Translations under genes and position numbers: made by a program
The notes under the pieces: generated by a model
The model's database searches: none
What the model saw: the letters and a program-made list of their open reading frames with translations, nothing else
Told to the model about the DNA's origin: nothing
Origin: Chrysemys picta bellii
Taxonomy: Eukaryota
DNA length: 64,000 bases
Assembly (NCBI RefSeq): GCF_011386835.1
Contig: NC_088800.1
Location: forward strand, 81,778,001-81,842,000
Direction of reading: 5' to 3'
Shown: one piece after another, positions 44,901 through 56,500 of the stretch
How positions within the stretch are numbered: the first letter of the stretch is position 1
Layout of the letters: each line of letters starts with the position of its first letter

Positions 44901-46082
44901 TCATCCTCAAGTCTTACAGGACAACTCTGCCCTAAGAACTGACTCAAATCAGATTCCAAGGCCAGAAATCAAACTGTCCTGCTGCTCGTACAGAAACTGC
45001 CTTCAACGCGGAACTGGGCCTAGCCAAAGCTAACAACAACACAACAGGTCTTCCCAGGACTGAACATTCGGTTGTGCATGCCAGGAAAAAGAACTTGGAA
45101 GACTCTGTAGCAGCACCACCTGGTGACACCTGCTGAAACAATATTGTAGGTGTTGCAAAATGCCACACACAGAAAGGGCACTGGCGATTTTTTTAAACAA
45201 AAGTAATTAACTGCTCACAGTCATGGCTCTGTTAATGAACACTCTGGAGACAGAACTGGTGCTATCATCGTCTGATCCTATAGCCCTTGCGCAACCAAAC
45301 ACCCCAGTAACGTCAATGCAGCTGTAGCCGGAGACAAGATCAGTTCCAACTTAAATCTTCCCTTGTGCTGAGTTCTCCCATGTCAGACTATCTCACTATC
45401 ACAGGATCTCTCATTTGTAACCAAAGGGCAACGTATTGATTTTCTTCCATGTCCACTTTCGTTGTCACTCTCTTATCGGAAAAGGTTAATTATGAAAAAA
45501 GCATAAAATAGTCACCAAAACCATAAAACTCCTTCAAAGCTGACCAGTGAGTCCAGGCAATAGATTCCCCTCCCCGTGATGCAGTTGTACTTTCAAGGTG
45601 ATTTTAAATTTAATCAGGTGCGGGGGGGGGGGGGGGGGGAGAAAGGAGGAGGTGTTCTCAGAAAGGGCTGAGAGTTCGTTTTGACTGTTTGCAGTGAAAA
45701 ATGATTGGTTCCTGTGACGAGGCAACTCCCTGGGTGAGCCTATGAAAGCACAACTCATTTGATCAAAGTGGAGGGTTGTGAGGGATGAGCCTCAGCAGGG
45801 GATAGGAAGAATCAATTGGGGTTAGTGTGGATTAGCAGCAGAGGTGGATCTGGCAAGGCTGTTAGTGTTTGGTGAACTGAGTAAGGCAAATATAGTATTA
45901 AAAGCAGTTTGGTGAGGGACATAGCTGCAGGGCTTGGAGGATGACTCTTGCTGGAAGGGTCGCTGTAGATTCAGAAGCGTATGGTGAGCCCCTAGGCAGG
46001 AATTACGGTAGCCTGACCCATGTTTGAGTGTGGTTCTTGAGGGCAGGGTAACAACTGCTGTTTTATTGGCCAGACCTGGAGG

Positions 46083-46529
46083 CAGGGCCGGTGCTACCAT
46101 TTAGGCCAACTAGGCGGTTGCCTAGGGTGCCAAGATTTGGGGGCACTAAAAAGCGGTGCCCCCAATTTTTTTTGTTTGTTTACAGCGGCCGCTGCACTGG
46201 GAGGGAGAGGGAGTCTGAGCCGCCGCCGGCGGCCCAGGGGTTCCCTGGGTCAGCGCGCCGCCGGCAGCCCAGGGGAACCCCTGGGTCAGAGCTGCCGCAC
46301 GGATCCCCGGGCCGGGGGGTGGGGAGCTGCAGTAGGGGGGTGCCTCAGGGCGGGGGGGAGCTGCTGCAGGGCTCCCCAGGCCGGGGGGAGGGAACTGCCA
46401 CGGGGGGGGGGAGAGCTGCCGAGGGGGGGGGGGCTTCAGGGTGAAGGGGGGGGCGGAGCTGCCGCAGGGCTGTGGGGACGCAAGGTGGAAGTTTTGCCTA
46501 GGGCACGAAACTTCCTTGCACCGGCCCTG
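46083..46529. mobile_element. Non-autonomous hAT element
   Basis: TIR CAGGGCCGGTGC / GCACCGGCCCTG; perfect 8-bp TSD CCTGGAGG. Confidence 0.92.
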
Positions 46530-47718
46530 CCTGGAGGAATGTTGTTACAAAGCCAGGCTGTAGACTCGGGTATGGTGAGTGTAGATTTTGGACCTGTGCA
46601 GCAAAAAAGCCCGGCTCAAAGAGTCCAGTTACAACATAGTTATGTCCTGACGTATTTAAAACACAGCTACATCTTGCACTGCAGGCAGAGCCTAACAGTG
46701 TTCCTAAACTGTGCTAAAATCTTAGGCGGAGCAGAGCTCTAGCACTCCTCGGCCCTGTAAAATAGAATAGATGGCACTGTAAAACAGAACGGTATTTCAA
46801 CCATGATGGGGGATAACTGTAGTGTAAGTGGGTCTCCTGACGTGGCTCTGCTTGTAATGAAGACAGCACCTAAGCGAAGGGTGTGATGGGATTTCCGGTA
46901 AGCTAAGGCCTGGTCTAAGTTGGAGTGTGAAACATGTTCTTAGCATCAGTTGGTTATTATTTACGTATCATGGCGCTAGAGTGACACAAATCTAGTATAC
47001 GATTTGCTAAACCTCTTAAGTCAGGGTCTATAGCCCAAGTGCTTACAGTCTAGCTCTGACAAAAAGGACACATGAGGCTACTGTGCCGGTGTGAGCATCA
47101 GGGAGGAGACCCATCAAGGAGGCCGTGGTGAAAAGTGGGTTTGGAGGAGAGAGGGCATTTCCTTCATGAGATTAGGAGACTACCCAGGAAAGGAATAAAG
47201 CTAAGCATAGAGGGGGACACAGAACAGGTAAGAGGAAGCCAGAGAGGGCACAAGAGGAACGGACAGCCGAGATGAAAGTAGGGGAGGAGTTACACAGAGC
47301 CGTGAAGGTGAGAACAAGGTGCTTGGGCTGCATGTCATGGAGAAGGAAGTGCCAGGGAAGGGAAGGAGAGGGGAGGCAATGTGACAGGGGAGGAAGTTCA
47401 AGCTGTTTGGTGACTCAGACATGAGGAACCTCTTGTAAAACCTAATGACCTCCCAATGGAGATAAGAGGCTGCCTCCTATGAGACTCTCCTGGTAAGTCC
47501 ATCTTTTAAATCAGTGTCTCCTTGCTGGGCTGGGAGATGGACTGGTTGAATAGCCGAGCTCTGAGTTCAAGCAAAGCATAGTATGCAGGCGCTCAGAGAG
47601 CGAGAATAGCTGAAAGGGGAGCGTATTTTAGAGCCTGCTAATTTGGCAGGAAATGTAGGCTACAGTTTCCTGTCATGAGTGAGATGTGGTCAAGACTTGA
47701 AGATGAGGCAGGCTAGCC

Positions 47719-47990
47719 CAGGGGTTCTGAACCTTTTTCTTTAGCTCAGTGGTTTGAGCATTGGCCTGCCAAACTTAGGGTTGTGAGTTCAATCCTTGAG
47801 GGGACCATTTAGGGATCTCGGGCAAAATTCTGTCTGGGGATTGGTCCTGCTTTGAGCAGCAGGTTGGACTAGATGACCTCCTGAGGTCCCTTCCAACCCT
47901 GATATTCTATGATTCTCTCTGAGACCCCCCCAACATGCTATAAAAACCTCCATGGCCCACCTGTGCCACAACAACTGTTTTTCTGCCTAT
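47719..47990. mobile_element. hAT-like fragment interrupted by a SINE
   Basis: Starts CAGGGGTTCTGAACCTTTTT; resumes GAGACCCCCCCAACATGCTATAAAAAC after the SINE; right end not recognised. Confidence 0.5.
47742..47916 (+). mobile_element. tRNA-derived SINE with CR1-derived 3' tail (tortoise polIII/SINE type)
   Basis: Box A TAGCTCAGTGG 47742-52; box B GAGTTCAATCC 47785-95; 3' ~80 bp nearly identical to the CR1 tail at 35710-35790, ending ATTCTATGATTCT. Confidence 0.9.
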
Positions 47991-48689
47991 CCAGGGTAGA
48001 TTCAAAGCCAGGGCTGGCATTCAGGGGTAGCAAGAAGGGCAATTGTCTGTGGCTAGACAAGGACTGGTTAGTAGGAAGGCTGGCTGTGTTTGCATAACAC
48101 AAGATACTAAGACTATCGTTGACCTTGCCCCAGCAGTCTTAGAGGCATAGCTTGACCTGTGCTAAGCTAATGAATGGAAACGGCACCACAGCCTCTTTGT
48201 GCAGCAGAAGGGTTGGATTCTCACCCAGTGTTCAGAAGCAGCAGGGAAGGGGTCTATTTGCCCTGCCAGTGCATTGTGGCCCAAGGAAGTGTGGTCTGCT
48301 GGCTCAGGGGTGAGGCCAAAACATATGCGCTGTGCAGCACCCACTAGTCACGGTGCAGGCTGCTCCTGGAAGGATCAGAAAAGTGCAGTCAGTAACGCAA
48401 TTCCTGCAGGTTGCCCTGAGCCATCCTGGAGCCAGATGTACAGTAAATGCTGCTCTGCTCTCCCCACCCTGCCTCTGTGCAACTACATATGCTATGAACA
48501 GAACTTTTTTCTGTGTTGTGTGACTTTCGTGCCTCTGTATAGACTCCTGCTATGCTAAAATATAAACCTGTTCTGGATTCCATGTCCAAGTAATTACAGC
48601 CTGTTCCATACCAACTTCTATGAAAGAAAATGCTACTGCTACTGACCAAATGCCTACTCAGGGCATAACACTGACTGAACCCTCTAATC

Positions 48690-49411
48690 CAGGGGTGAGT
48701 AAACTACGGCCCGGGGGCCTCATCCGGCCCTACAGATGTTTTAATCTGGCCCTCGAGCTCCTCCCGGGGAGTGGGGCACGGGGCTTGCCCCTCTCCGCAC
48801 GTGACATGGCTCTGCACGGCTCCCGGAAGCAGCAGCATGTCCCCACTCCGGCTCCTATGTGTAGGGACAGCCAGAGGACTCCGGACGCTGCCACCACCCC
48901 AAGCGCCACTCCTGCAGCTCCCATTGGCCGGCAACTGCAGCCAATGGGAGCTGCAGGGGCGGCGCCTGCGGATAGGGCAGTGTGCAGAGCTGCCTGGCCG
49001 TGCCTCCGTGTAGGAGCCGGAGGGGGTACATGCCGCTACTTTCAGGAGTTGCTTCAGCTAAGTGCCGCCCGGAGCCTGCACCCCTGAGCCTGTCCAGCGC
49101 CCCAACCCCCTGTCCTAGCCCTGATCCCCCTTCTACCCTCCGAACCCCTCAGTCCCACCCTCCTGCACCCCAGAGCCCACACCACCAGCCAGAGCCCTCA
49201 CCCCCCCACCCACACCCCAAACCCTGCCCCAGCCTGGAACCCTCTACCGCACCCTGAGCTCCTCATTTCTGGCCCCACCCCAGAGCCCGCACCCCCAGCC
49301 GGAGCCCTCACTCCCTCCCACACCCCAATCCCCAATTTTGTGAGCATTCATGGCGCCAGACAATTTCCATACCAGGATGTGACCCTTGGGCCAAAAAGTT
49401 TGCCCACCCCG
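48690..49411. mobile_element. Non-autonomous hAT element, 722 bp
   Basis: TIR CAGGGGTGAGTAAACT / AGTTTGCCCACCCCG; perfect 8-bp TSD CTCTAATC (48682-89 / 49412-19). Confidence 0.92.
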
Positions 49412-50803
49412 CTCTAATCTTTAGTGAAGCAGTGAATGTAAGGCACTGTAGGATGCAAATTAAGTGCTAAGTGGTGCCTGGGTATTTCACCACTAGTACT
49501 TAGCTTTTCAGTTTCCTTATTCTAAAATGTGATGACTCCAGTGAATCTGCCCAATTGAACTTCCCTCTTTTGTAAATGAGTTTCAAGTGCAAAAAGTGTC
49601 TGTAAAATAGCAAATTGAACAAAAGTTACTAAAAAATTTTGCAAAATGACAGGACTCTCTAAATCACAGAATTGGGCCCAGAGAGGCTGGGCAGGTGGAA
49701 ATATCAGTCAGTTCAAAGGGAAACTGATGCCACTAAAGGTCCTACTTTTAAGGCAACACTTGTTACACATCTTTTCTCTCTCCCAACTCTCTTTCCAGAG
49801 ACTTACATTATGTGTATGTGTGTGCATGCGTAGTGAGCTGTTTCTAGTTAGATACTAGATACTCTATCAAGCCCCTCATCCCTCACGAACACTTGAAACC
49901 TGATGGGGGGGAATAGCCAAGTGCTCATAACGTATGCTGCCATTTTAATTCCTGCAAACATGGCAAATCTGTGAGTCGGTTCAGACTAACCCTGAAGCTG
50001 AGAACTCCTGCAAACAGGAAAACAAGGATTGAAAGGTATGTTATCAGTGAAAAGCCACCCAACCCTGCAGAAACTAGACTGTAACAAATAGCTAGAGTGC
50101 CTATTTCTCTTAGGCTATTAAGTCACCATAAGGCAGTAGTTGTTGATAAAATATTTATATAGTGTTTACATGACACTTAACATAGCATAGATAAGACCTG
50201 CTCCATGTGTCTAGCGAACCAGGCTGTTGTCAAGAATCAGACTGTGGGAAATGCTGTTTCCCACAATGTTTTCAAGGGTGGGCAGGGAATGAGGAAATTG
50301 CACCAATGGCTGCTTAGACTTGTAACAGTATTTATAGTTTCATTGGTATGTTCTGTCTCCTTTGCTGGCCACTGGCCATCTCTCCCACTATGCTGACTTG
50401 GGAACAGCTCTTCTTGTCCATTACTTACAAGGCAGCGAAGAAGGAGAGGCTGATAGTGGCTCACAGCAGAGATGGTAGGTTTTTGAAAACTACTAACTAT
50501 CCATGTGAAAGTATCTGAGCAATGCAGACCACTCTTGCAGGCTCTAGGAGACAATGCATTGTAATGGAGGCTGTGTTTATGCATTGTTGAACTCCAATTT
50601 ACAGGGAAGATGAATCCTATTTATATGGCTCCATCACCGTAGTATCTGAGTACAGCTGTGGTTCCCTAGTCGTGTTCCATTCTTGCTAACAATCATAATC
50701 AGAAAGATTGCTTAATAAACACGCTTTAAAAACATGCAGCTGAGCATTGCTGGATGGAAGACAGTTGGGTGAGGGTAGCCAGGGGAGGGGGAAGTATGGG
50801 ACT

Positions 50804-51128
50804 CAGTGTTGCCAACTCTCATGATTTTATCATGAGTCTCATGATAATTATTGTTTTCCTTAAAGCCCCAGCTCCTGGAGTCAAGTGGATTTGTGCTGAT
50901 TTCAGCCTTCATTCTTTTCTTTAAGAAAAACTAAGTTTCTAGCCCATGTGGCTGTGAAGAAGGCTTCAAAATGTGACCTCAGTTCATCCTAAAGGCTCAA
51001 AAAGAGAAGGCAAATAAGACCACCACCAACTTTATTATTTGTACATAATCTCATGACTTTAAAGCCAATCTCATGATTTTTGGTGATCCTGACTCATGAT
51101 TTTTGAACATTTGGGGTTGGCGAAATTG
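50804..51128. mobile_element. Non-autonomous DNA element with CAGTGTTGCCAAC-type TIR
   Basis: Left CAGTGTTGCCAAC, degenerate right GTTGGCGAAATTG; internal repeated TCTCATGA motifs. Confidence 0.6.
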
Positions 51129-51479
51129 TGGACTAGATGACAGGTGTTAGAGGGGAACTGTTGTGTCTATGTTATGGCCAGGTTCCAGAGGGGACTTAAC
51201 CAATTAGCAGAATCCCCCATCCTGGTGCATGTTACTGCTCCCAAGAATCAAACAGGAACTTCAGTGGGTACCAATTCTGTCACAACTGCCAAAAGGAAAC
51301 TTCCCTACATGAGTCAGTATGAACTGTAGTCGGGTTACACCAAGGGCTGAGTCCCAACTGAGGTATCTTGCATAGGCCTTCAAATGACTGTTAACTGAAT
51401 AATTATATTTTATAAAATACAAATATAAAAAGAACCATGCTCATGCCTGATCCTTTGGCACAGGTGTATTAGTAATTCT

Positions 51480-51660
51480 TAGCACTTGTATAGCACATTG
51501 TAAAATTAACTAATCCTCTTCTCCCGGGGAGTTAATTATTCCCATTTTACAGATTTGCAAAAGGAGGCAGAGCGAGGTAAAGTGACTTGCCTAAAGCGAC
51601 AGAAAGCAGTTAGTGTCAAAGCAGGGATCAGAAGTCAGATGTTCTTGGTTCCCAGCCTGT
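51480..51660 (-). mobile_element. MIR/CORE-SINE-like relic
   Basis: ttattcccattttacagat...gaggcagagcgaggtaaagtgacttgcctaaag matches the recalled MIR core; boundaries approximate. Confidence 0.65.
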
Positions 51661-52021
51661 GGTAAGACAATCCTGCTCGCTTTGCTTGGACCTGTAACAA
51701 TAATGTCAGGGAACTGGGGCAATGCAGTCCGGATCAGACCCTCAACCAGCAGATTCTGGGTGCCCTAAGGTAGCTAAATGTTTCTAGGGGAAGCTGCCAA
51801 TTGTGTCAATGGTCAAGTGCTCCAAGACATTTTATTGCCATCACTTCTGAAATAAATTTCAGACCTGCCCTGCTAGCTAGAAGTGAGGTGCTCCTGCTCA
51901 AGACGAAATCAATGCTGCACCAGGGAGGGAATCAACCCAAGACGCTGAAAAATAGTTAAAGAAATGGAGGGCTCAGTGATCTTGGGAAACACCTGTCAGG
52001 TTATAGACAAATCCATTTACA

Positions 52022-52126
52022 GGGCTTGATTTTTTTCCTTTCACTTACCAGTGTAAATCAGAAGTAACTCCACAGAAATAAACAGAGTTACTTGAATAGA
52101 AAATGTGTGACTGGTGAATCAGGCCC
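52022..52126. mobile_element. Short old hairpin MITE
   Basis: Ends GGGCTTGATT / AATCAGGCCC; internal AGTAACTC..GAGTTACT palindrome. Confidence 0.5.
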
Positions 52127-53144
52127 ACAGTATGTAACTTATTTTGTTCACTCAGCAGAAATAAATGCTTTAGTTCTGTGTGAACATGTGGTGAAAAAAA
52201 TGACACTTTCCCATCTGGAATCTATTCTGTGCTCCCATGTTAAATGGATCGATAAGCTCCATTCAGTTTTACCAGAATATGAAGAGAGATGATAAACTGG
52301 TTGATGGAAGGAAGGAAGTTTTAAAAATATAAGCAAAGGTTATGGAATCTAAGTGAAATGAGCAATCATGAGATACTAGAGTGATAAGTGCTATATGCAG
52401 ACCAAAAATTAAGTAATCCAGCTCATGTTAGTGAAAGCTGTAATTTAAAGATATGAAACTGAATGCAGGACCACTTGCCTGACAGGAGGCAATGGAGATC
52501 ACTTGACTTTCCTTCCCCTTTTATGTTAGGCTCTCAGAAGTATGAGGGAGGGGGGAGGGTTCAGTACTGATATGAATATCTGCCTAGAAGCCCAAGGTCT
52601 CACTCCAAAGTAAAGATATATGCAGCCACACAATGAAGAATAGACATTGGCTGCTTGTCACGGAAAAAAACACAGCTTTGTCATGGCAAAAATTGCACAA
52701 ATTAGAACTTTGGTTTTTAAAAATGCTAAAATCGTGGCACAGATTATAATTGACATTGTTTATCATGGGAAACTGAAAAAACAAAAGTATCCTCCATTTT
52801 ACAATAAAAAGTTTTAAACTCATTTAAAAACTGAAAACCATGAAAAAAATCCCTCATATAAGATAGAAATCCAAATGTGTGAAAATTCATGGCAGTATTA
52901 CATATTTGCAGGCTGTGCAGGATGACAAAGACCATGACTTTTTATTAAAAAATAAATAAATCTGAAAATCATTGAAATCGTGGCTGTGATAAACATAGAG
53001 CCTTAAAGACAGAGTGGCTAACTCTGCCTCTTTCTGCAAAGCAGCTGGGGATTTCAACTACGTTTTCAGCCAACGTTTGATAAAGAATGCAGGGGGTCCT
53101 GCTAAGAAACTCAAAATTAAGTGCAATTGTGTTTAATGTGCCAT

Positions 53145-53201
53145 GAGTTTAGGGGACTGGATTAGATAACCTCTCGAGGTCCCTTCCAGTTCTATGATTC
53201 T
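53145..53201 (+). mobile_element. CR1 extreme 3' tail
   Basis: GGACTGGATTAGATAACCTCTCGAGGTCCCTTCCAGTTCTATGATTCT. Confidence 0.75.
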
Positions 53202-53206
53202 GTGTT

Positions 53207-53380
53207 AAATCCAGTGGCACCTTAAAGACTAACAGATTTACGTGGGCATAAGTTTTCATGGGTAAGAAGTGTTTTTTGACTCACAAAAGCTTATGCCCAC
53301 ATAAATCTGTTAGTCTTTAAGGTGCCACCGGACTCCGCATTGTTTTTGTGGGCAGACTAACATGGCTACCCCTCTGATAC
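53207..53380 (+). mobile_element. Degenerate Penelope-like inverted terminal-repeat insertion (copy 5)
   Basis: TSD ATGATTCT(G/A)TGTT (53194-53206 / 53381-53393); inverted arms GTGGCACCTTAAAGACTAACAGATTTA..GGGCATAAG / CTTATGCCC..TAAATCTGTTAGTCTTTAAGGTGCCAC; hammerhead core eroded. Confidence 0.75.
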
Positions 53381-54551
53381 ATGATTCTATGTTGTTTGTA
53401 AGTGACTAAAAAACACTGGGGTGGGGGGCAAAGGTGACTTTATCACACCTTTTGAGGCCTTCACATATTCTGAGGCCTGTCAAGCCCTCAAAGGACCATT
53501 CTTGTAGCTGAGAATAGCCAGAGCTCAGCAGTGTTCCAACCACAACCTCTTTCCCTACCCATGCCTCTACCATATCCTCTATGCTGGGACGGTGAAGGCA
53601 GGTAATGTAGATGTGTTATGCCTGCTTGATGTGGACTGTGCCACATTCAAATTTCCCCTGCTCCAGGATATTTTCCAGGGGTTGGATCCATCAGGTTTAG
53701 GGTCTCTTTGTGAAACCAGAGCAGCGTAAAGGCAGTATTCGGCTATAGCAAATCAGGCAGGCAGATTTGCAGATGACATAAAGCTGGGGGCATTGCCAAC
53801 ATTTTGGAGGCTAGAGCTAAAATTTAGAGGGATCTTGATAAATCGGAGACAGACAGTAAAATGAAATTCATCAAAGACAAACGGAAGGAGCTACACCTAG
53901 GGAAGAAAAAACAAATGCACAAATACAGAATGGGGGATAACTGGCTTGGCAGCAGCTGACTGCTGAGAAGGATCGGGGAGTTGTAGTGGATCACAACCTC
54001 AACATGAGTCAGCAATGTGATGTTGTTGCAAAAAAAAAAAAAGCAAATGAAATTTTGGGTTGCATTAACAGAGGCATAGCATGCAAGTCACGGGAGGTGA
54101 TAGTACAACTCTAGTCAGCGCTGGTTAGGCCTCCACCAGAGTACTGTGTCCAATTCTGATCACCAATGTATAGAAAGGATGTAGAGAACCTGGAAAGGAT
54201 CCAGAGGCGAGCGACAAAGATGATGAAACGGGTAGAATGCAAGCCATACCAACAAAGGCTGAAGGAACTGGGTATGTTTAGTTTAGAAAAGGGAGATTAA
54301 GGAGGGACATAAGTCTTCAAATACTTGAAAGGCTGCCATAAAAAAGATCGAGAAAAGTTGTTCTCTCTTGCCACAGAAGGCAGGGCAAGAGGCAATGGGT
54401 TCAAACTACAGCAGAGCAGATTTAGATGAAATCTCAGGAAAAACGTCTTAACTGTAAGAACAGTAGGACAATGGAACGGACTGCCTAGGGAGGTTGTGGA
54501 TGCTCCTTCACTAGAGATTTTCAAAAGGAGGCTGGAGAGCCATCTGTTTTA

Positions 54552-54831
54552 GGCTTTGTCTACAGTAGCACTTTTGTTGGCAAAACTTTTGTCTGTCAGG
54601 GGTGTGAAAAAACCACCCCCCTGGCCGACATAAGTTTCACTGACAAAAGTGCTGGTGTGGACAGTGCTATGTGGGCAGGAGAGGCTCTCTTGCTGACATA
54701 GCTAACGCTGCTATAGGGGTGATTTAATTATGCCAGTAGGAGAGCGCTCACCCGCCAGCAAAGAACAGCTACACAGGAGACCTGTAGTGGTACAGCTGTG
54801 CGGCTGTAAGGTCTGTTGTGTTGACATAGCC
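54552..54831. mobile_element. PIF/Harbinger-like MITE nested in CR1
   Basis: TTA TSD on both sides (54549-51, 54832-34); TIR GGCTTTGTCTACA / TGTTGACATAGCC. Confidence 0.85.
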
Positions 54832-54846
54832 TTAGATGATTTATAC

Positions 54847-54973
54847 TAGTGGTTTTCAAACTGTCTGTGGACCCCTGGGGGGTCTGCAGACCATGTCTAA
54901 GATTTCCAAAGGTGCCTGCACCTCCATTTGAAATTTTAGGGGTACACAAATGAAAAAAGGTTGAAATTCACTG
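54847..54973. mobile_element. Short hAT element nested in the CR1 3' UTR
   Basis: TIR TAGTGGTTTTCAA / TTGAAATTCACTG; flanks ATTTATAC / GTTTAGAT only partly match. Confidence 0.65.
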
Positions 54974-55473
54974 GTTTAGATGCATGTTGGCAGGGGGGTC
55001 AGACTAGATGACCCTTGCGATCCCTTCTAATCCTATGATTCTAGGCCCTATGTTTTTGACTTGCCAAAGTGTGACTTAGAGAGGAGGCTTATTATTTTCA
55101 GGAAATGGTTGTAATAAATAATGGTATCCATCACTGCGCCGGGTGTTGTACCATACACAACTTTGGTTTCTCCTATGCTTGCTCTCCCATTCAGTGTAAC
55201 GTTCCTCCAACACACTGCCCTCCTTGTGCAATCAATTCTACCCTAACTCCTGGCCCCTTATGTCTACCTCTGTTGCTACCCACTCCCCATCCACACCCAC
55301 TCCCTGACTCCTATTCAAATCTGCCCCCCCACAAGCCCTTCACCCCTTTATTTACACCCACCGACTACCACCCACCTCTTCTCCCCAGGCAGTCACAGCT
55401 CAGGGTCCCCCCCCATCTATCTACCCCTACACATGGACCCTGTAACTATGCCTATACCACCTTCCCCGACCAG

Positions 55474-55595
55474 TAGGGTGACCAGATGTCCCAATTTTAT
55501 AGGGACAGTCCCGATTTTTGGGTCTTTTTCTTATATAGGCTCCTATTACCCTCCACCCCGTCCTGATTTTTCACATTTGCTATCTGGTCACCCTA
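55474..55595. mobile_element. 122-bp MITE
   Basis: Perfect 14-bp TIR TAGGGTGACCAGAT / ATCTGGTCACCCTA. Confidence 0.85.
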
Positions 55596-55654
55596 CCCCC
55601 CAACATGCATCTCCACCCATGGATACGCCTGCCTGCCACACCCAGTATAATAGA

Positions 55655-56500
55655 GCTGGGGGGACACTGAGTAGAGCAGCGCCCCACAGCCCCCCCATGA
55701 GCTGGGGGGACGCTGAGGGAAGTAATGCCCCCCACGAGCTGGGGGGACGCTGAGGGGAGCAGAGCCCCACAGCCCCCCCATGAGCTGGGGGGACGCTGAG
55801 GGAAGTAATGTCCCCCACGAGCTGGGGGGACGCTGAGGGGAGCAGAGCCCCACAGCCCCCCCCATGAGCTAGGGGGACGCTGAGGAGAGCAGTGCCCCAC
55901 AGCCCCCCCCATGAGCTGGGGGGACGCTGAGGAGAGCAGCGCCCCACATCCCCCCTCCATGAGCTGGGGGGACGCTGAGGAAAGCAGCGCCCCACAGTCC
56001 CCCCACGAGCTGGGGGGACGCTGAGGGGAGCAGCGCCCCGCGGCCGCCCCCCAACACTACCCGAGGGGGTCGCTGAGGGGAGCAGCGCCCCACAGTCCCC
56101 CCATGAGCTGGGGGGACGCTGAGGAGAGCAGCGCCCCACAGTCCCCCCATGAGCTGGGGGGACGCTGAGGGAAGTAATGTCCCCCACGAGCTGGGGGGAC
56201 GCTGAGGAGAGCAGCGCCCCACATCCCCCCCCATGAGCTGGGGGGACGCTGAGGGAAGTAATGTCCCCCACGAGCTGGGGGGACGCTGAGGAGAGCAGCG
56301 CCCCACATCCCCCCCCATGAGCTGGGGGGACGCTGAGGGGAGCAGCGCCGCACAGCCCCCCATGAGCTGGGGGGACGCTGAGGAGAGCAGCGCCCCACAG
56401 CCCCCCTCCATGAGCTGGGGGGACGCTGAGGGGAGCAGCGCCCCGCGGCCGCCCCCCAACACTACCCGAGGGGGTCGCTGAGGGGAGCAGCGCCTCGCGG
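55655..56500. repeat. GC-rich minisatellite (~19 units of 38-50 bp) directly upstream of the PRPSAP2 promoter
   Basis: Core CCCCCA(T/C)GAGCTGGGGGGACGCTGAGG followed by either (G/A)GAGCAGCGCCCCACA or GAAGTAATGT; two variant units CGGCCGCCCCCCAACACTACCCGAGGGGGTCGCTGAG. Confidence 0.95.

Larger units (their letters stand above)
53761..55043 (+). mobile_element. CR1 LINE 3' ~1 kb (RT C-terminus plus 3' UTR) with two nested insertions
   Basis: Degenerate FADDx[59 protein letters not shown]; tail CTATGATTCTA. Confidence 0.93.

Noticed and set aside
44945-45136. Stop-free plus-strand stretch (..ETAFNAELGLAKANNNTTGLPRTEH..) as a hidden exon
   Set aside because: About 60 codons without a convincing acceptor/donor pair or recognisable homology; expected by chance.
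18790-45640. Homopolymer C/G runs (e.g. ~18797, ~23803, ~29545, ~45622) and (TA)n at ~621
   Set aside because: Ordinary microsatellites, possibly with sequencing length error.
47742-47815. tRNA gene
   Set aside because: Has A and B boxes but no proper acceptor stem and continues into a CR1-derived tail, so it is a SINE head.
55655-56500. CRISPR-like repeat array
   Set aside because: No unique spacers, degenerate units, eukaryotic context, no cas genes.
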